Positions 25,997-44,000 of a stretch of 64,000 nt of DNA are shown piece by piece. How positions within the stretch are numbered: position 1 is the first letter of the stretch; each line of letters begins with the position of its first letter. Position numbers and translations under genes: made by a program. This DNA comes from Hormiphora californensis. Taxonomy: Eukaryota > Animalia > Ctenophora. The DNA lies in NCBI GenBank assembly GCA_020137815.1, contig CM035362.1, positions 5,828,001-5,892,000 of the forward strand. Direction: 5' to 3'. The notes beneath the pieces are model-generated. The model was not told the origin of the DNA and ran no database searches. It worked only from the letters and a program-made list of their open reading frames with translations.

Positions 25997-26688
25997 GTTG
26001 AAAATCTTAAACCCTGTGCCCCCTGCCCCTTATAGGTACAGCTTGACATGCCCCCGGCCCCCTTACTACCCTTACAACTGACCATACTACTGCTTCTCTC
26101 ATTCTCCCAGTCCTTCTCAGTCTGCTTCTATTACCCCACCTGACTCTCCCATGTCTCTCTCCCATCTATCTTCTGCCGATCTATACTGACTAGTGACTAC
26201 AGCTGATACAGACACTCTGACGAAGAAAATTAAATTGAAATTAACGGAGCGTGTCGTTGCAGTAGTTATTGTAGGCTGTGAGAAAATCACACAGCCGATG
26301 TTTTAACTGTTAGTTGCTTGCAGAAAATAACAATTTGTGACAAATTTAAAAACAATTTCACACACAAGATTGCAGAATGAGTAAGTGATCCGTTCTCGGC
26401 CCGCTGACTACCATTCCAAATAGAGAACTATATTAGATGCATTTGTAATTGTATGCACTATAATCATATTGGTCCTTTGTCACACCGCCTATGCCGACTG
26501 CTTCAGTGCAGTGCAGTGTATGAGTTAGTGGCCTCATAGCCTACTCGAACTCAGTTTGCCACGCCACCGTCGTCAATCACGGTGTCGGGTGATCGTTCAA
26601 AATTCTAATAGATTTTCTACAGAGCTCTTCAGAGCTCTCAGTCTTAAACTAAGTATTTGCCTTGCTCGACCCTTTTGGGTCAGCACAC

Positions 26689-27519
26689 TAGGGTGTGCTA
26701 TTTCAAATTTTTTTCGACTAGGCCATTCAGTATCTAGCTAATGTGAAACTATGGACAATTCTCTATCACATCAGCAAAACAGAATCGAGATAGTGTTTGT
26801 CAGTTACGTTGGCATCGCGATTTAAAAAGTGTAGTTTTTAACCGAAAAATGGTAAAAACAGGGAAATATGTGTGGTTTTCACCAGTTTTTGACATGTTCT
26901 TGATATCAACTTTTTATGTTCAGGATCGTGTTCAGCACCTCGAAACTGACAAGAATTGATATGCATCATTAAATGATGCTAAAGTTCATTTTTGACCTAA
27001 AAATGTTCATTTTTGACAAAAAATGTTCATTTTTGACAAAAAATGTTCATTTTGGACATGTTCTTAAATTTTGAGAGCTTTTTCATGAACGGGATCGTGT
27101 TCCGCAGGCCAAAATTAGTCGGTTACAACCGAAATTTGCTTTCCACCAAGAAAAAACTAAAAAAAATTAAAATTCGTCCCCACGATTCTGCAAGTTGGTA
27201 AAATTAGCAAGAAAAAAAGGGAGAAAAATTTTTATTTTTGTTCATAAAGTGGATATCTGAAGACTCAAACTGAAAGTAACAGTTGTATAAGTTGTCACGA
27301 GACGATTTATATGTGTGTTTTGTTCGAAATCACGCCCTAAAACAGACTTTTTGAAATGAATATGCCCATATATGGGCATAGCTCGTGCCAACGTAATTGG
27401 GCCATGGTAGAGCCAAAACTTTGTGATAAAATGTTTTAGAATGATCGTAGGAGCTCATTTAACCCGATACCAAGTGAAATTTTGAATTAAATTAGGCATT
27501 TGAAAAAATAGCACACCTA
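26689..27519. mobile_element. Non-autonomous hAT-like element
   Basis: tagggtgtgctatttcaa ... ttgaaaaaatagcacaccta inverted termini; no clear TSD. Confidence 0.6.
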
Positions 27520-28317
27520 CGGCAAAATTAACATTAACTTTTCCAATTCCTCAGATGTCGGGAAAATGTCCTAATTGAGCATAATTGGGTCTAATTGACG
27601 GTGACACTGACCCCACAACTTTTCACCTGGAAACAATAGAAGTTTCTGTGAGGGCTAATTTTGATACGCTGAATCATGTAAGCAACCTTTCCAATCCCTC
27701 AGAGCTCAAAAAGTGCCCTAATCGAGCAATTAAGACCAATTAGACCCAATATACTCAATTAGGGCACTTTCACGACCTCTGAAGGCTTGGAAAAAGTTGC
27801 TCAAGTTATTGAGCGTATCAAAATTAGTCAAAAAATTGCCCTCAAATTAAGTAGAAAGAAATAAAGATTCCTTAAACTATTTTTTAGGACTCAATCTCGA
27901 TCAATTTTTTATTTTGGTGGAGCGCGCGAGTTTATACATTTTAATCTGCAAAAAATGGCGCGCAATATTAAGCGCGCGTGAAGCTAAGTTTTTCATAAAA
28001 TTTCAAAATAAAATCTCAACGAATTTTTTGTGCTTCCGGAACGTTTTTTCAAAATTTTCGGGACCTGAAAAATGAAAAATCGACTTAAAAATATTCAAAC
28101 TTCTCAACTTGAAAGAGTGGTTAGGGAGCGTATTTTGTTATTTTCTTGTTTTAAAACGTTTGTGTTCTCTGAATCTCGAACTCTATGCGAGGAATGGCAG
28201 TGCTAGGAAAGTTGGGAAGCTCCGGACGTCGCGTCCCAAACACGACGTTAAACTGTTGACAATTACTAAAATATCAATATTTAACCGATTTCCATCCTGA
28301 TAATAGCTAGTGCAGTC

Positions 28318-31019
28318 ATGCAGGCCCCTATGTTGGTACTCAATCAGAACACCAAACGCGAGAGCGGCCGAAAGGTCCAACTCGGAAACATCAAAGCTGC
28401 CAAAACCATCAGCGACATTGTAAGTCCGATAAATTTCTCATCAACTATAATTCGTTAATTAAAATCTAACATCTATAAACATCATATTTAATCACCACTC
28501 CCTCTCTGCAGATCAGGACTTGTCTTGGACCCAGGGCTATGTTGAAGATGCTCATGGACCCCATGGGTGGAATAGTGATGACCAACGACGGTAACGCTAT
28601 CCTTCGAGAAATCCAGGTATGTAAAATTATAGGCAGGGTTAAATTAGGTGCTTTGTGAAGTGGACCATTTCCGTGGTTGCTCTTGTGAATTTGATTAATT
28701 CCAAAAGTTAATTTCAAACATCTCCCCACCCCAGGTCCAGCACCCTGCAGCCAAGAGTATGATTGAGATCTCCAGGACCCAGGACGAGGAAGTTGGTGAT
28801 GGAACTACCAGTGTTATCATCCTGGCAGGGGAACTGCTGAAGAACGCAGAGCCTTTCCTTGTTGAGAACATGCACCCTACCCTTATTATTGCTGCCTACC
28901 GACAGGTACGGGACTGTTAAACTTTGTTACTTACTTTTAATTTCCTACTTTTTCAAGGATTTGGGGATTGGTTTTAGGGACTGGTTCATTTTCCACTAAA
29001 TGGATTTATAAATTACATTTCTAAAACTAGAGATCAATCACACCGACAACAATTTCCCTCTATTTCACCATCTTACAGGCTCTTGAGGATGCAGTTGAGA
29101 TACTGAGGAATGAAGTTGCCACTCCCGTGGACACCAACAGCAGGGAGGAGATGATCAAGATCATCCGATCCAGGTAATTGGGCAGTGATTTGGGCAGCGT
29201 ATTTGGCAGCGGATCGTGGGCAGTTAGAATTTTAACCTTGTGAGCCTGTAGAGAAACTATTAAACTGATTTGTTCCAGATATTGCTTGTCAGCTTATTTG
29301 ATGGATAATTCATCCTATTGGAGTTCAAATGAATGCTTTTTGAAATATCCTGCATGATTTTTTACCATGCAGGATAATATAGCCTATGATCCCTTTAAAT
29401 CCACCTCTCCTAACAAAATATTCATTTCTTTTTAGCGACTCTGTTATAGCTTTGTGTTTTTTCCGCAAAAAGTTCTTTATTAAACCATCAAACAGAAGAA
29501 CAATTTGCCCTCTAGTACTAATATTACCGAGTACCCTTTCAAACGATCATGCCACCTCAATTGTTGCCTAGCTCGGCCCTCTTTTCGCGAGCTCCGCAAA
29601 TGTAAAGGGAGGGTTAGAACATAACAACTCATTTGTCCCATTCCGTAACAATCACCACCTCTCTTCAGTTTGGCCACCAAGTTTATGAAGGGATGGAGTG
29701 ATCTGGCGTGTGGTATTGCTCTTGATGCTGTCAGATGTGTTCACATCGAGGAGAAGGGAGGATACAAAGAGATCGACATCAAACGATACGCTAAGGTAAG
29801 AATATATCCTAGCTTTTCCTAATCTATGAAAATATTTTAATTTTCACGGTTTTTCACTGGCTGTTTTTCTCCGTCTTGGTACTTACTTCCCCCTATCTCT
29901 GAAAGGTCGAGAAAGTTCCCGGAGGTAGTATTGAAGAGAGTCAGATCTTGGACGGTGTGATGTTCAACAAGGATGTCACTCACACTGGCATGAAGAGGAA
30001 AATCGAGAACCCCAGGTAAATGGAACCGACCGAATCAGGGAATACTGGTCCCTGATTGGCTGATAACCAGTCACGTGACCTAAATAACGAGTTCTGATTG
30101 GTTGTTTACTTGTTTCGGTCGGTTCCAGGTAAATGCCTACACCAAATTGAGACAGTTTATCTCTTTCGAGGTTACAAACTTTAACTTAAAATACCAACCA
30201 ATGCCCCCTAAAAAAACTATTTCACAACTGCCCAAATCATGATAACCCCCTCCCTAGGATCCTAATGTTGGATTGCAACTTGGAGTACAAAAAGGGAGAG
30301 AGCCAGACGAACCTCGAGTTCATGCAGGAGACCGACTTCAGGAAGATCTTGGAGCAGGAGGAGGAGTATATCAAGACGATGTGTGATGAGATAATCGCCG
30401 TGAAACCTGACCTTGTTCTTACTGGTTAGTGTTCCGTGTTATGTTAGTTTTATGTTATTTGTTTTATAATTCTGTTTTATAATTCATCTGTTATGTCCCA
30501 TGTTTTCATTGTGTTATACCCTCCCCCACTAACTCCCCCCTCCTCTTCAGAGAAAGGTGTCTCGGATTTGGCTCAACATTTCCTTCTCAAGGCTGGTATC
30601 ACCGCCATCAGACGACTCAGGAAAAGTGACATGAACAGGGTCGCACGAGCTGTTGGAGGTCAGATTGTCCACAGGACTGATGAGCTGAAGGAATGTGATA
30701 TCGGAACCAACTGTGGTCTTTTTGAGGTTAGTTTTGGATTTTAGGTTCGTCATTTATTATCGAATCATGATTCAAGGGATTATTTTATGATAAATTGTGT
30801 ATAGCCAGTCTGTTTTATACGGATATATAACTTTCGGAAAGAGGGACACTGTATTATTTATTCTTGTGTACACACAATGTCACCTGTTCTCCAAGGTGGC
30901 AGTTCGGATCTCACACTGTTCAGCTCATTAGTTAACTACTATAACAGTTGTGCAGTTGTGAGCTGGAGTGGCAGTTATTACAATTATTGCATGTTGTCAG
31001 ATGTCCCACTCTCTCTCAA

Positions 31020-31072
<53 letters not shown>

Positions 31073-33162
31073 CCCTACCTCCGTTTCAGATCAAGAAAAT
31101 GGGAGATGAATACTTCACATTCCTGACAAAGTGCAAGGAACCCAAGGCCTGTACCATCCTACTGAGGGGAGCCAGCAAGGACGTTCTTATGGAGGTAAAC
31201 ACGTGGTTTTAATCAATATTATTATTAGGCTTACATTGTGCATTGGTAGCCCTTGCCAGTTGCCGGTGCGCTAAGAATTACTTGAAAATATTAGTTTCAG
31301 GTGTAATTTATAACCTGTTTGTAATTTTGTAATCAAGATCTGAATGGGGTCTCCAGTATAGTAATAGTAATCCAAAGTTATATCCCACACACTAGGTTGA
31401 GAGGAACCTTCAAGATGCCATGAATGTTGCTAGGAATGTCCTTCTCGATCCCTTCCTGGTTCCCGGGGGCGGTGCCGCTGAGGCTGCTCTCGCTTACAGG
31501 CTCATCGAGAAGAGCAAAACCATCCAGGTACATGTAGTTTGGGTTTTATTTATTTAGGGGTGGGAGCAAAACTAATTCCAAGTGGAAACTGGAAATTTGA
31601 TGGTTTAACAATGACCGGTTGCTGTCATGAATGCGTTACCTTTTTCAAATTTTGAGTCTTCAGGGTCTCTCGGTCACAGTTCCCACTTTATCTTGTTTTT
31701 CTAATTGTCCTTCCTCTTCCCAGGGTGTCGGACAGTGGCCTTACAGAGCTGTAGCTGAGGCCCTCAAGGTCATCCCAAAGACTCTGATGCAGAACTGCGG
31801 AGTGAACACAATCCGAACCATGACCACCCTGACGGCTAAACATGCCACCGGTGGAACCAGTTGGGGTGTTGATGGGGATACTGGAGATGTGGTGGATATG
31901 AAGACCTTCGGTATCTGGGATACACTTCAGGTATTGTTATCTCTCCTCTTATATGATCTTGGCCATGATATATACATGGGGATCAGAAATAGTCAAATCA
32001 GTGACAGCGCAGCAGATTTTATTATTTAATTAGGATTTAGGATCTAGGAAGTTATTGGCTTGGTAAATTTCCAAAGATCACAAATCACGGTGTGCGGACT
32101 CTAGTGCTACACTCTAAGTCTAAAGAGGACTCTATATCTAAATTTAGATTTAGATAAAGAGTCCAAATAATTCTAAACTCTAGGAGGACTCTTTATCTAA
32201 AAAGTCTACACAGGGCGGACTCTTTATCTAAAAAGTCTAAACAAAGTGGACTCTATATCTACATAAATCTAAATTAGATATAGAGTCCGCCTTTCGCCGC
32301 GAACTCGAGATTTCGGCCGTTAGGCCGGAAACGAGAGTTTGCTCTACCCCTATACTAATTTAGAAGTGTTAGGGCCGTTATTTGGGTTCGAGGTTAGGGT
32401 TAGGGTTAGTGTTAGGGTTAGGTTTTGGGTTGGGTTAGGATTTTAGACATAGAGTCCGGGTTGGAGGATTTGGCGCCAAAATGTACTAGAGGACTCTATA
32501 TCTAAAAATTCTACACAGGGCGGACTCTTTATCTAAAAAGTCTACACAGGGAGGACTCTTTATCTAAATTTTTTTCAAAATCTAACTCCCGGTGCCCGGA
32601 TTATAAAAATTTTCGATAAATACGGATTTCACGTATTAATCTTGCTGCCAAAATTTTTTCAATTTGCTGCCGATTTGCTGCCTCGTGAATCGAAATTTGT
32701 CCGATGGCAGTCCGCAATCGGTCCAATTGCTGCTGGCAGCATAATCTTATCAATTAGTTATCTAAAAAAAGGTCACCGGTTAGATCAATTTGCTGCCTCG
32801 CCCTTGATTTGCTGCCAAATTAAGGGCATTAATCTCTTGGGTATTTGCAATATCCGGGCACCGGGATCTAACTGTAGATAAAGAGTCCGTTTTTAGATAT
32901 AGAGTCCGCCTTGGATTTAGATAAAGAGTCCGTTAGCACTAGAGTCCGCCCACCACAAATCACAACCACACAAATACTAAACCCGGTGTTTCTACTACAG
33001 GTGAAATGCCAGGTAATGAAAACCGCTATTGAGACAGCCATCCTTCTTCTCCGAATCGATGACATTGTCTCCGGAGTCAAGAAAATGTCAGATATTGAGG
33101 CCGAGAAAATGGCGGGTAAATTCCAGCAACAGCAACCCCAGGAACCACCCGCAGAAGAATAG
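28318..33162 (+). CDS. CCT3: T-complex protein 1 subunit gamma (CCT/TRiC chaperonin)
   Basis: About 12 exons: MQAPMLVLNQNTKRESGRKVQLGNI, IRTCLGPRAMLKMLMDPMGGIVMTNDGNAILREI, EEVGDGTTSVIILAGE, LEYKKGESQT, KACTILLRGASKD, VPGGGA, KTAIETAILLLRIDDIVSG; stop at 33162. Confidence 0.97.
32089..32954. mobile_element. MULE/foldback-like element with 9-bp TSD, internal repeats and TTAGGG-like tract, in a CCT3 intron
   Basis: TSD acaaatcac (32080-32088, 32955-32963); TIR ggtg(t/g)gcggactctagtgcta. Confidence 0.85.
32588..32865. mobile_element. Nested MITE with 8-bp TSD
   Basis: TIR cccggtgcccggat; TSD atctaact on both sides. Confidence 0.85.
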
Positions 33163-33572
33163 GGCGTGGTGTCCTCCCTCCCTCCATTTTTTACACTATA
33201 ACATCACCCCGACACGCCGAGCTCTGGAAGCGAGATATATACAAGAGAAAGATCGGCCAGTGTGCTTTGTTTATAGTTTTATACACCCGCTTCTGTGTGG
33301 ATCGTTTTGTCCTATATATTTGTGTATTTAATTTTCTGAAAAAATCCACGTGTTTTGGTTGTCTTTTGATGACGAAAAAAATTGGAAATTTGGAAACTTT
33401 GGCCGACAGACAGACAAAATGACTCCACTCCCCAGATCCAACCACTAGTATATGAAAAGCTCGATTCACCGTTATACCTAAGCTAGCGTTTCGCCCCTTT
33501 TTCATTCATCTCTATCTGTCTATCACCTCTATCTGTCTATCATCTGTCTAGCATCTCTAATAATAGTTGAAG

Positions 33573-38234
<4,662 letters not shown>

Positions 38235-39147
38235 ATGTGTGGAGAGAGTGGAAGTTGAGTGAGGACAGCGCCCAGAGGAAGGGAAATGTGAGGAATGTGG
38301 AAATGTGAGGAAAGTGGAAGGAGTGTGGAAATTGTTGAATGTGGACTTCAGATGTTGATTGTTACAGCTCTAGGCCAATATCAGACAATTTATGAGTGTA
38401 TAAATCTGTAATATAGTGTAATCTAGCCTGTAAATATATATTGAGTGTGTATCTAGATGTTTGATCGCTCCTTATCTGTATGTGGTAAATATCTTATTCA
38501 CATCGGTTTAGCAATGCAGTTGGACCCCGATTTACCGGGAGGATAAACTCCCGATAGAGGTATTTGGCCCCCATATAATATACCATGTTGTTTTGTTCAA
38601 ACTCTTTTTAGGAGGGTCGAACAAGGCAAATACCAGGCACCCCGATTTACTCTTTCCCCCGAGCATCCCGGTAAATCAGGGTCCGACTGTATTGGTTTGG
38701 TTGGACAATTCAAAGCATGTTAGTCATGTTAGTAGGAACCGGCGATTCTTTTCGATTTCTTCTCAATCTCGATCTTAAGTTATTCCCTAAAGATCGAACC
38801 TAAATCGAGAAGAATCACCGTTCCTACTAACATGACGAACATGCTTTGAATTAGCAATTCCTTTGTGGGATGATGTTTTGTGTGTTATGTTAGTTTAATT
38901 TAACGCCAATTGGCGAATTCTTTTACAATGAAACAAAGCGTTATTTACTTTTTTAAATGTTAGGAAACAAGTAGTAGGGTCGAGAACTAATACAATCATC
39001 AAACATCACAAAGCATTTCTGTAGGAGAGAGTTCTCTAGAGCAAGATGTAACCAGGTTGAGTTCTCCAAAGGTAACCACTGGTTACTCCAGAGGTAACCA
39101 TAGTAACTGCAGCTCTCCAGAGCTGTAACCATAGCAACAGAAGCTCT

Positions 39148-39882
39148 TTAGAGAATGCACAGGATAGTCTTGGCGATCTGGATGGCGATCTGGAACTCAA
39201 CAGGAATTGGAAGGGGGATGGGAAGGCCGGAACAAAGGATGGCTTTCTTCAGTGCAATACACTTGGCAATCTGTGAGGGGGGATTTGGTGTTTTATAGTG
39301 CACTACACTATAGTGGGTCTTGATTGCCTGGCTAGATTGTGTTTCAAATGTAATTGTAAAGGGAGGGTTAGAACATAACAATGTCTTGAGGGAGAAATTT
39401 ATGCCATTCCAAATAGAGAGTGAGTGAGTGAGTGAGTGGTTGTGAAAGAAAGAAGGAGAGAGTGAGCGAGATAGAGAGATTTCTATAGAGAGTGAGACAA
39501 AAAACAAAAATAGTGTGTACTTACCCATTCCTGGAGCTCAGCGGGATCAATAAATGCGACTCCTCCCTCCAGGTTGTCGTCAAGAACAGCCAGCTCCATA
39601 CTGCAGGAGAAAGTGGTTAAGATTCGGAGAGAGAAAGCTGAGAGAGAGGGAGAGAGCGGGGAGGAATTGGTGGTTGAGTTGGGGAGGAGATGGTTGTTGG
39701 TTATTGGTTATGGGTCAAGGTTAAATGGTAGAGAGTGCACTCTACTCGAGTTCTCTAACTAAACCGACAACTCGAGTCTCTCGGAGAACTCAGGCACAGC
39801 TCGGGATAATTATAGCCTATAGTTATTTTACTTACGCCATGGAGACTGCCACGAGAAGAAGAACACCAAACACAAACTTCAT
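39148..39882 (-). CDS. 81-aa secreted prepropeptide (signal peptide, acidic pro-region, hydrophobic Cys-containing peptide)
   Basis: Exons 39882-39836, 39600-39525, 39270-39148 with gtaagt donors and matching phases: MKFVFGVLLLVAVSMA MELAVLDDNLEGGVAFIDPAELQEW IAKCIALKKAILCSGLPIPLPIPVEFQIAIQIAKTILCIL*. Confidence 0.85.
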
Positions 39883-39924
39883 CTTGAGATAATTGTAGTC
39901 ATTTTCCCTCCCTCCCACTGCCCC

Positions 39925-39931
39925 TTTTATA
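39925..39931 (-). promoter_or_regulatory. TATA box of the secreted peptide gene
   Basis: TATAAAAGGGG about 45 nt upstream of the ATG at 39882. Confidence 0.7.
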
Positions 39932-41014
39932 CCACCATATCACGCAGCATGGATTAAACCCCATGGTCACCAGGTGTCGTGACATGGGAACGAGTTGATT
40001 TAGCACCTTCCTTCTATTAGAAGTTAAAATCCGATTTAGAACTTCTAAATTGAACTGATCTGCCTTAAAGGTGTTAAATTGAATGGATCACAATGGGGCC
40101 ATTCTGTGAATGCTAATGAATAGTTATATTTAATTGTCAGACGTCAGACGTCACACAGCACAGGTGTCCTATTTGCCGTGTGAATGCTATTGCTAGGTCG
40201 AGAAGTTTCAGCTAGACGTATTCAGCATTCTTTAACTGGAGACGATTTATTTTAATTTAATTAATCCTTAAGAAAGATAAAACACCGAGTTGGAATTTGA
40301 AAATCAACCGGAATAAGAACGAGATGAAACTAAAAATCGGAGACTCCAGAATTGTGTCATACAATTTGATGACATCATCTAGATGATGCATCTACTGTCT
40401 GGCGGTGCCAATCCGACCTGAGATTGTGAATCAAAAACCGTTTTGAAAACGTAGTTTGGCGACGCCAGACACTGACAGACAGTGACACTGACAGGTGTGT
40501 GAGGTGGGGATATTGAGTGACGCTCGTCAGCGCTGGTCATTTGTGCGCGCATGCCCGTGCAAAATGAGTGTACGGTGTGTGCGTGTGTGTGTGTGTGTCA
40601 CTTCTTTCAGTCGTTGTGTAGTTTCGTTTGTTGTTCATGTACCTCTGTTTGTTTCTTAAACTGTTCTCTCTAGTCTCTATCTAACCGGGGTCGCTCAGAT
40701 ATCTCTGACAATTTAACTCGTTGTACCCCCCATGTACTTTGTCGAATCGGTTTGTCTATTTTGTCTATTTTGTATCTTTAACGGTGCCAGTCACGTGTAC
40801 CGGTACAACACACAACAGGACCCAGCTCTGATATGACAGGTACGGTGTCACGGTGAGCCTCTCTCTCTTTGCTGAGTAGTGAGTAAGGGGTTGAAGTATT
40901 AAGTATTGCACCGAATATAGGTCAAAAATAAACACAAGAAATTTCTCGAACAGATAATACGGAATTGGAAAATATCCAACTCAAACCTCAAAAACACATT
41001 CACACACAAATCTC

Positions 41015-44000
41015 TCACGACCCTCCCTGCTCTCTCTTCCTTTTCTGTTCAGCTTTCCAGGCCAAGTATTCCTTCATATCATCATCTTCTTCTCCCTCTT
41101 TATTATCACTTGAATTGTCTTGTTTTTTGATCTCTGAACTCTCTTCTCCAAGCTCTTTCATTTCTGATTCTTCATTTTCAATGGGATCATCATTTTCTGG
41201 GTTGAGAGATTCGGCTGCTGGATCGATCACTTCTTTCTCGGGTGCGTCCTGATCATCTTTCTGGTCTTTCTGGTCCTGGTCTTCTTTCTGGTCCTCTTTG
41301 TCTGCCTCCTCATCTTCTTTCCTTTTTTCCTCATCTTCTTTATGTTTCTCTTCCTCAACCCTTTTCTTCTCGTCCTCAACCCTTTTCTTCTCTCCATCTT
41401 CGTTTCTCTTTTGTTCTTCTTCTTCTCTCATTTTCTCTTCTTCCCTTTCCCTTCTCATCTCTTCCAGTTCCCGTTCTCTCTCCTCTACCTCTTTCCTCTC
41501 CCTCTCCTTCCTCTCCTTTTCCTCCTTCTCCCCAGCCTTCTTCTTCTTCTCTTCTTCCTTCCTCTTCTTTTCCTCTTTCCATGCTCTCAGTTCCTCTTCT
41601 TCCCTCTCTCTCTTCTCTCTCTCATCCACTTCTCTCTTCTTCTTTTCCTCACTCTTCTCCTCTATCTCTCTCTTCATCTTGGCCTTCTCTGCTTCCTCTT
41701 GCTTAGCCCTCTCTTCTTTCTCCTTCTTCTCCTTCCTTTTCGCCTCCTTGCGCTCCTTATCCCGCTTCTCCCGCTCCCGTTCAGCATCCTCCCGTTCAGC
41801 TTTAGTCCGGTATCCGAATTGTTTGGAGTGCATGGCGTAGAACTTCTTGGCTACCTCAGGGTCACTACCTGTGGGAGAGGAGAGTGATTTGTATTTCGTA
41901 GTTCACAGCATGTCCAATGAAGCAGGGTAACCTGAATACTTATTCCTAATTCCTAATTCCTAATTCCTAATTCCTAATTCCTAATTCCTAATTCCTAATT
42001 CCTAATTCCTAATTCCTAATTCCTAGTTCCTAATTCCTAATTTTCCTTAATTCCTAATTCCTTACTCCTACCTGTAAAGTGCCAATAAAAGCGGTCATCA
42101 TTTTGATCACAGGGTAATAGAAGAAGGTGCCGTCCGTCGTGACTCAGGCATTTCCCGCTTCCCCCATGTCTCGTGAATCCTTCCTGTAAAATACATTAAA
42201 ATAATAATTAATTAAAATAATTACTTCTACAAGATCAGAGAGTGATGAAATTCGGTAATAATTCTTTTACCGAATACAGTAAATCAAATAGTAAATCAAA
42301 GCACAATCCCCATTCCCCAAATATATAAACTTAATTGATTAATCAATTAATTAATTAATTAAATTAATGAATTAATTAAATGATTAATAAATTACCTCAG
42401 TGATGAACCACTGTTGGTTCCCATTGAGCCCATGGCATTTGAATAGTTTCACATCCCTTGGGTTCTCTCCGTCCCCGTCCAGACATCTCCCGTCATTTTT
42501 TATCTCACCAGTTAGTAACAACTTCCAGAACTAAATAACAATTCGGAATGAGCAATTACCATTGATTACTAAATGTTACAAATTGCCTTAAACTCTCAAT
42601 CTAGGTTGCCATGGTAACCTACTGTCTGGCTCTGACAGGTTACCTGGGACCTGTTTGGGCTGGTTAATAGGGTGTGCCAGTTGCCCCGACCTCTTCTTGA
42701 AGCCAATCGGATGTAGTTAACCGGTGGCACCGTGGCTATAAAGGTTATAGCCACATGCGCGGGAAGTAGCACTTCCCAAACGGCTCCAAGATACTCGGAC
42801 TTTTTAACCACCTTAATCGAACCGCAATATAATGTTAATATACGATTTATGAAAAAATATATAGCCTAAAGTCAACCGTTTACAAGTTATTGGCCAAAAA
42901 CCACATTACAATATACAGTCGGACCCCGATTTAACGGCCCCCGATTTAGCGGCACCCCGATTTAACGGCAGGATAAATTTCCCCCAAAATTTTTTTTGAA
43001 ATTTTTTTGAAATTTTTTTTTTGAAATTTTTTTGAAAAACCACGTCCGAATCGTGTTTCGAATCGGTGCATCTTATTGCATGTCTTGCCGGTAATTAGAC
43101 GGTTCGAAACGAACAGATATGTGATCCCCATGAGGTCCATCGAATCGCAATTTTGACGCTTGTTAAACTAGCCTCATGGGGATCACGTATCGGTTCGTTT
43201 CGAACCGTCTAATTAGCGACAGGACGTGCGATAAGATGCACTGATTCGAAACACGATTCGGACGTGGTTGATATAACTTTGAAAAATTTTCATAATTTTT
43301 TTTGCAAAATTTTACAGAATGATTTTCAATGCTTTGATCGGTGCTCCCCATGCATTTTCAGAAAAAAATATATTTTGAAATTCAAATTCTTCCTCACCCC
43401 GCTTAAAGTGCCCCGATTCAGCATGGTATCACGTATCGGTTCGTCTAATTAGCAGCAAGACATGCGATAAGATGCACTTATTCGATAAACGATTCGGACG
43501 TGGTTGATATACATAGTACCTTAGAAAATTTTTATAACTTATTTTGAAATTATTTTGAAATTTCTTTCTTTTTCTAATCAGAAATGATCATGTAATCAAT
43601 ACATGGACATTGCATTTAACACTTAGAGGTGTTTTAGTATAGCATTTTGGACAAAAATAGGGTTTTATGGGCCAAATATGCTCTACCCCGATTTAACGGA
43701 CACCCCGATTTAACGGACAAAACCCTTTCCCCCGAGGGTGCCGTTAAATCGGGGTCCGACTGTATCAAAATAGTTGCGCATATGACCAGATATGCCCAGA
43801 TGTGCTAAACCGTTGAATATCTTGACTGGCAAATTGGGTTTTCGATATGAGCGTTTGTAGAGTTGCCTTAGACCCTCTCTGACTAGGTTAGGACCAAATG
43901 ACCATGATTCAGCCCGATCCACGCCCGTTTCCAACCATCTAATCGCTAGGGTAGTGAGCAAACCAGGATTTGGTCTATTTTATGAAGCTAAATATCAGAT

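Noticed and set aside
41242-41887. Plus-strand Ser/Leu/Phe-rich ORFs
   Set aside because: Antisense shadows of the E/K/R-rich GALNT last exon.
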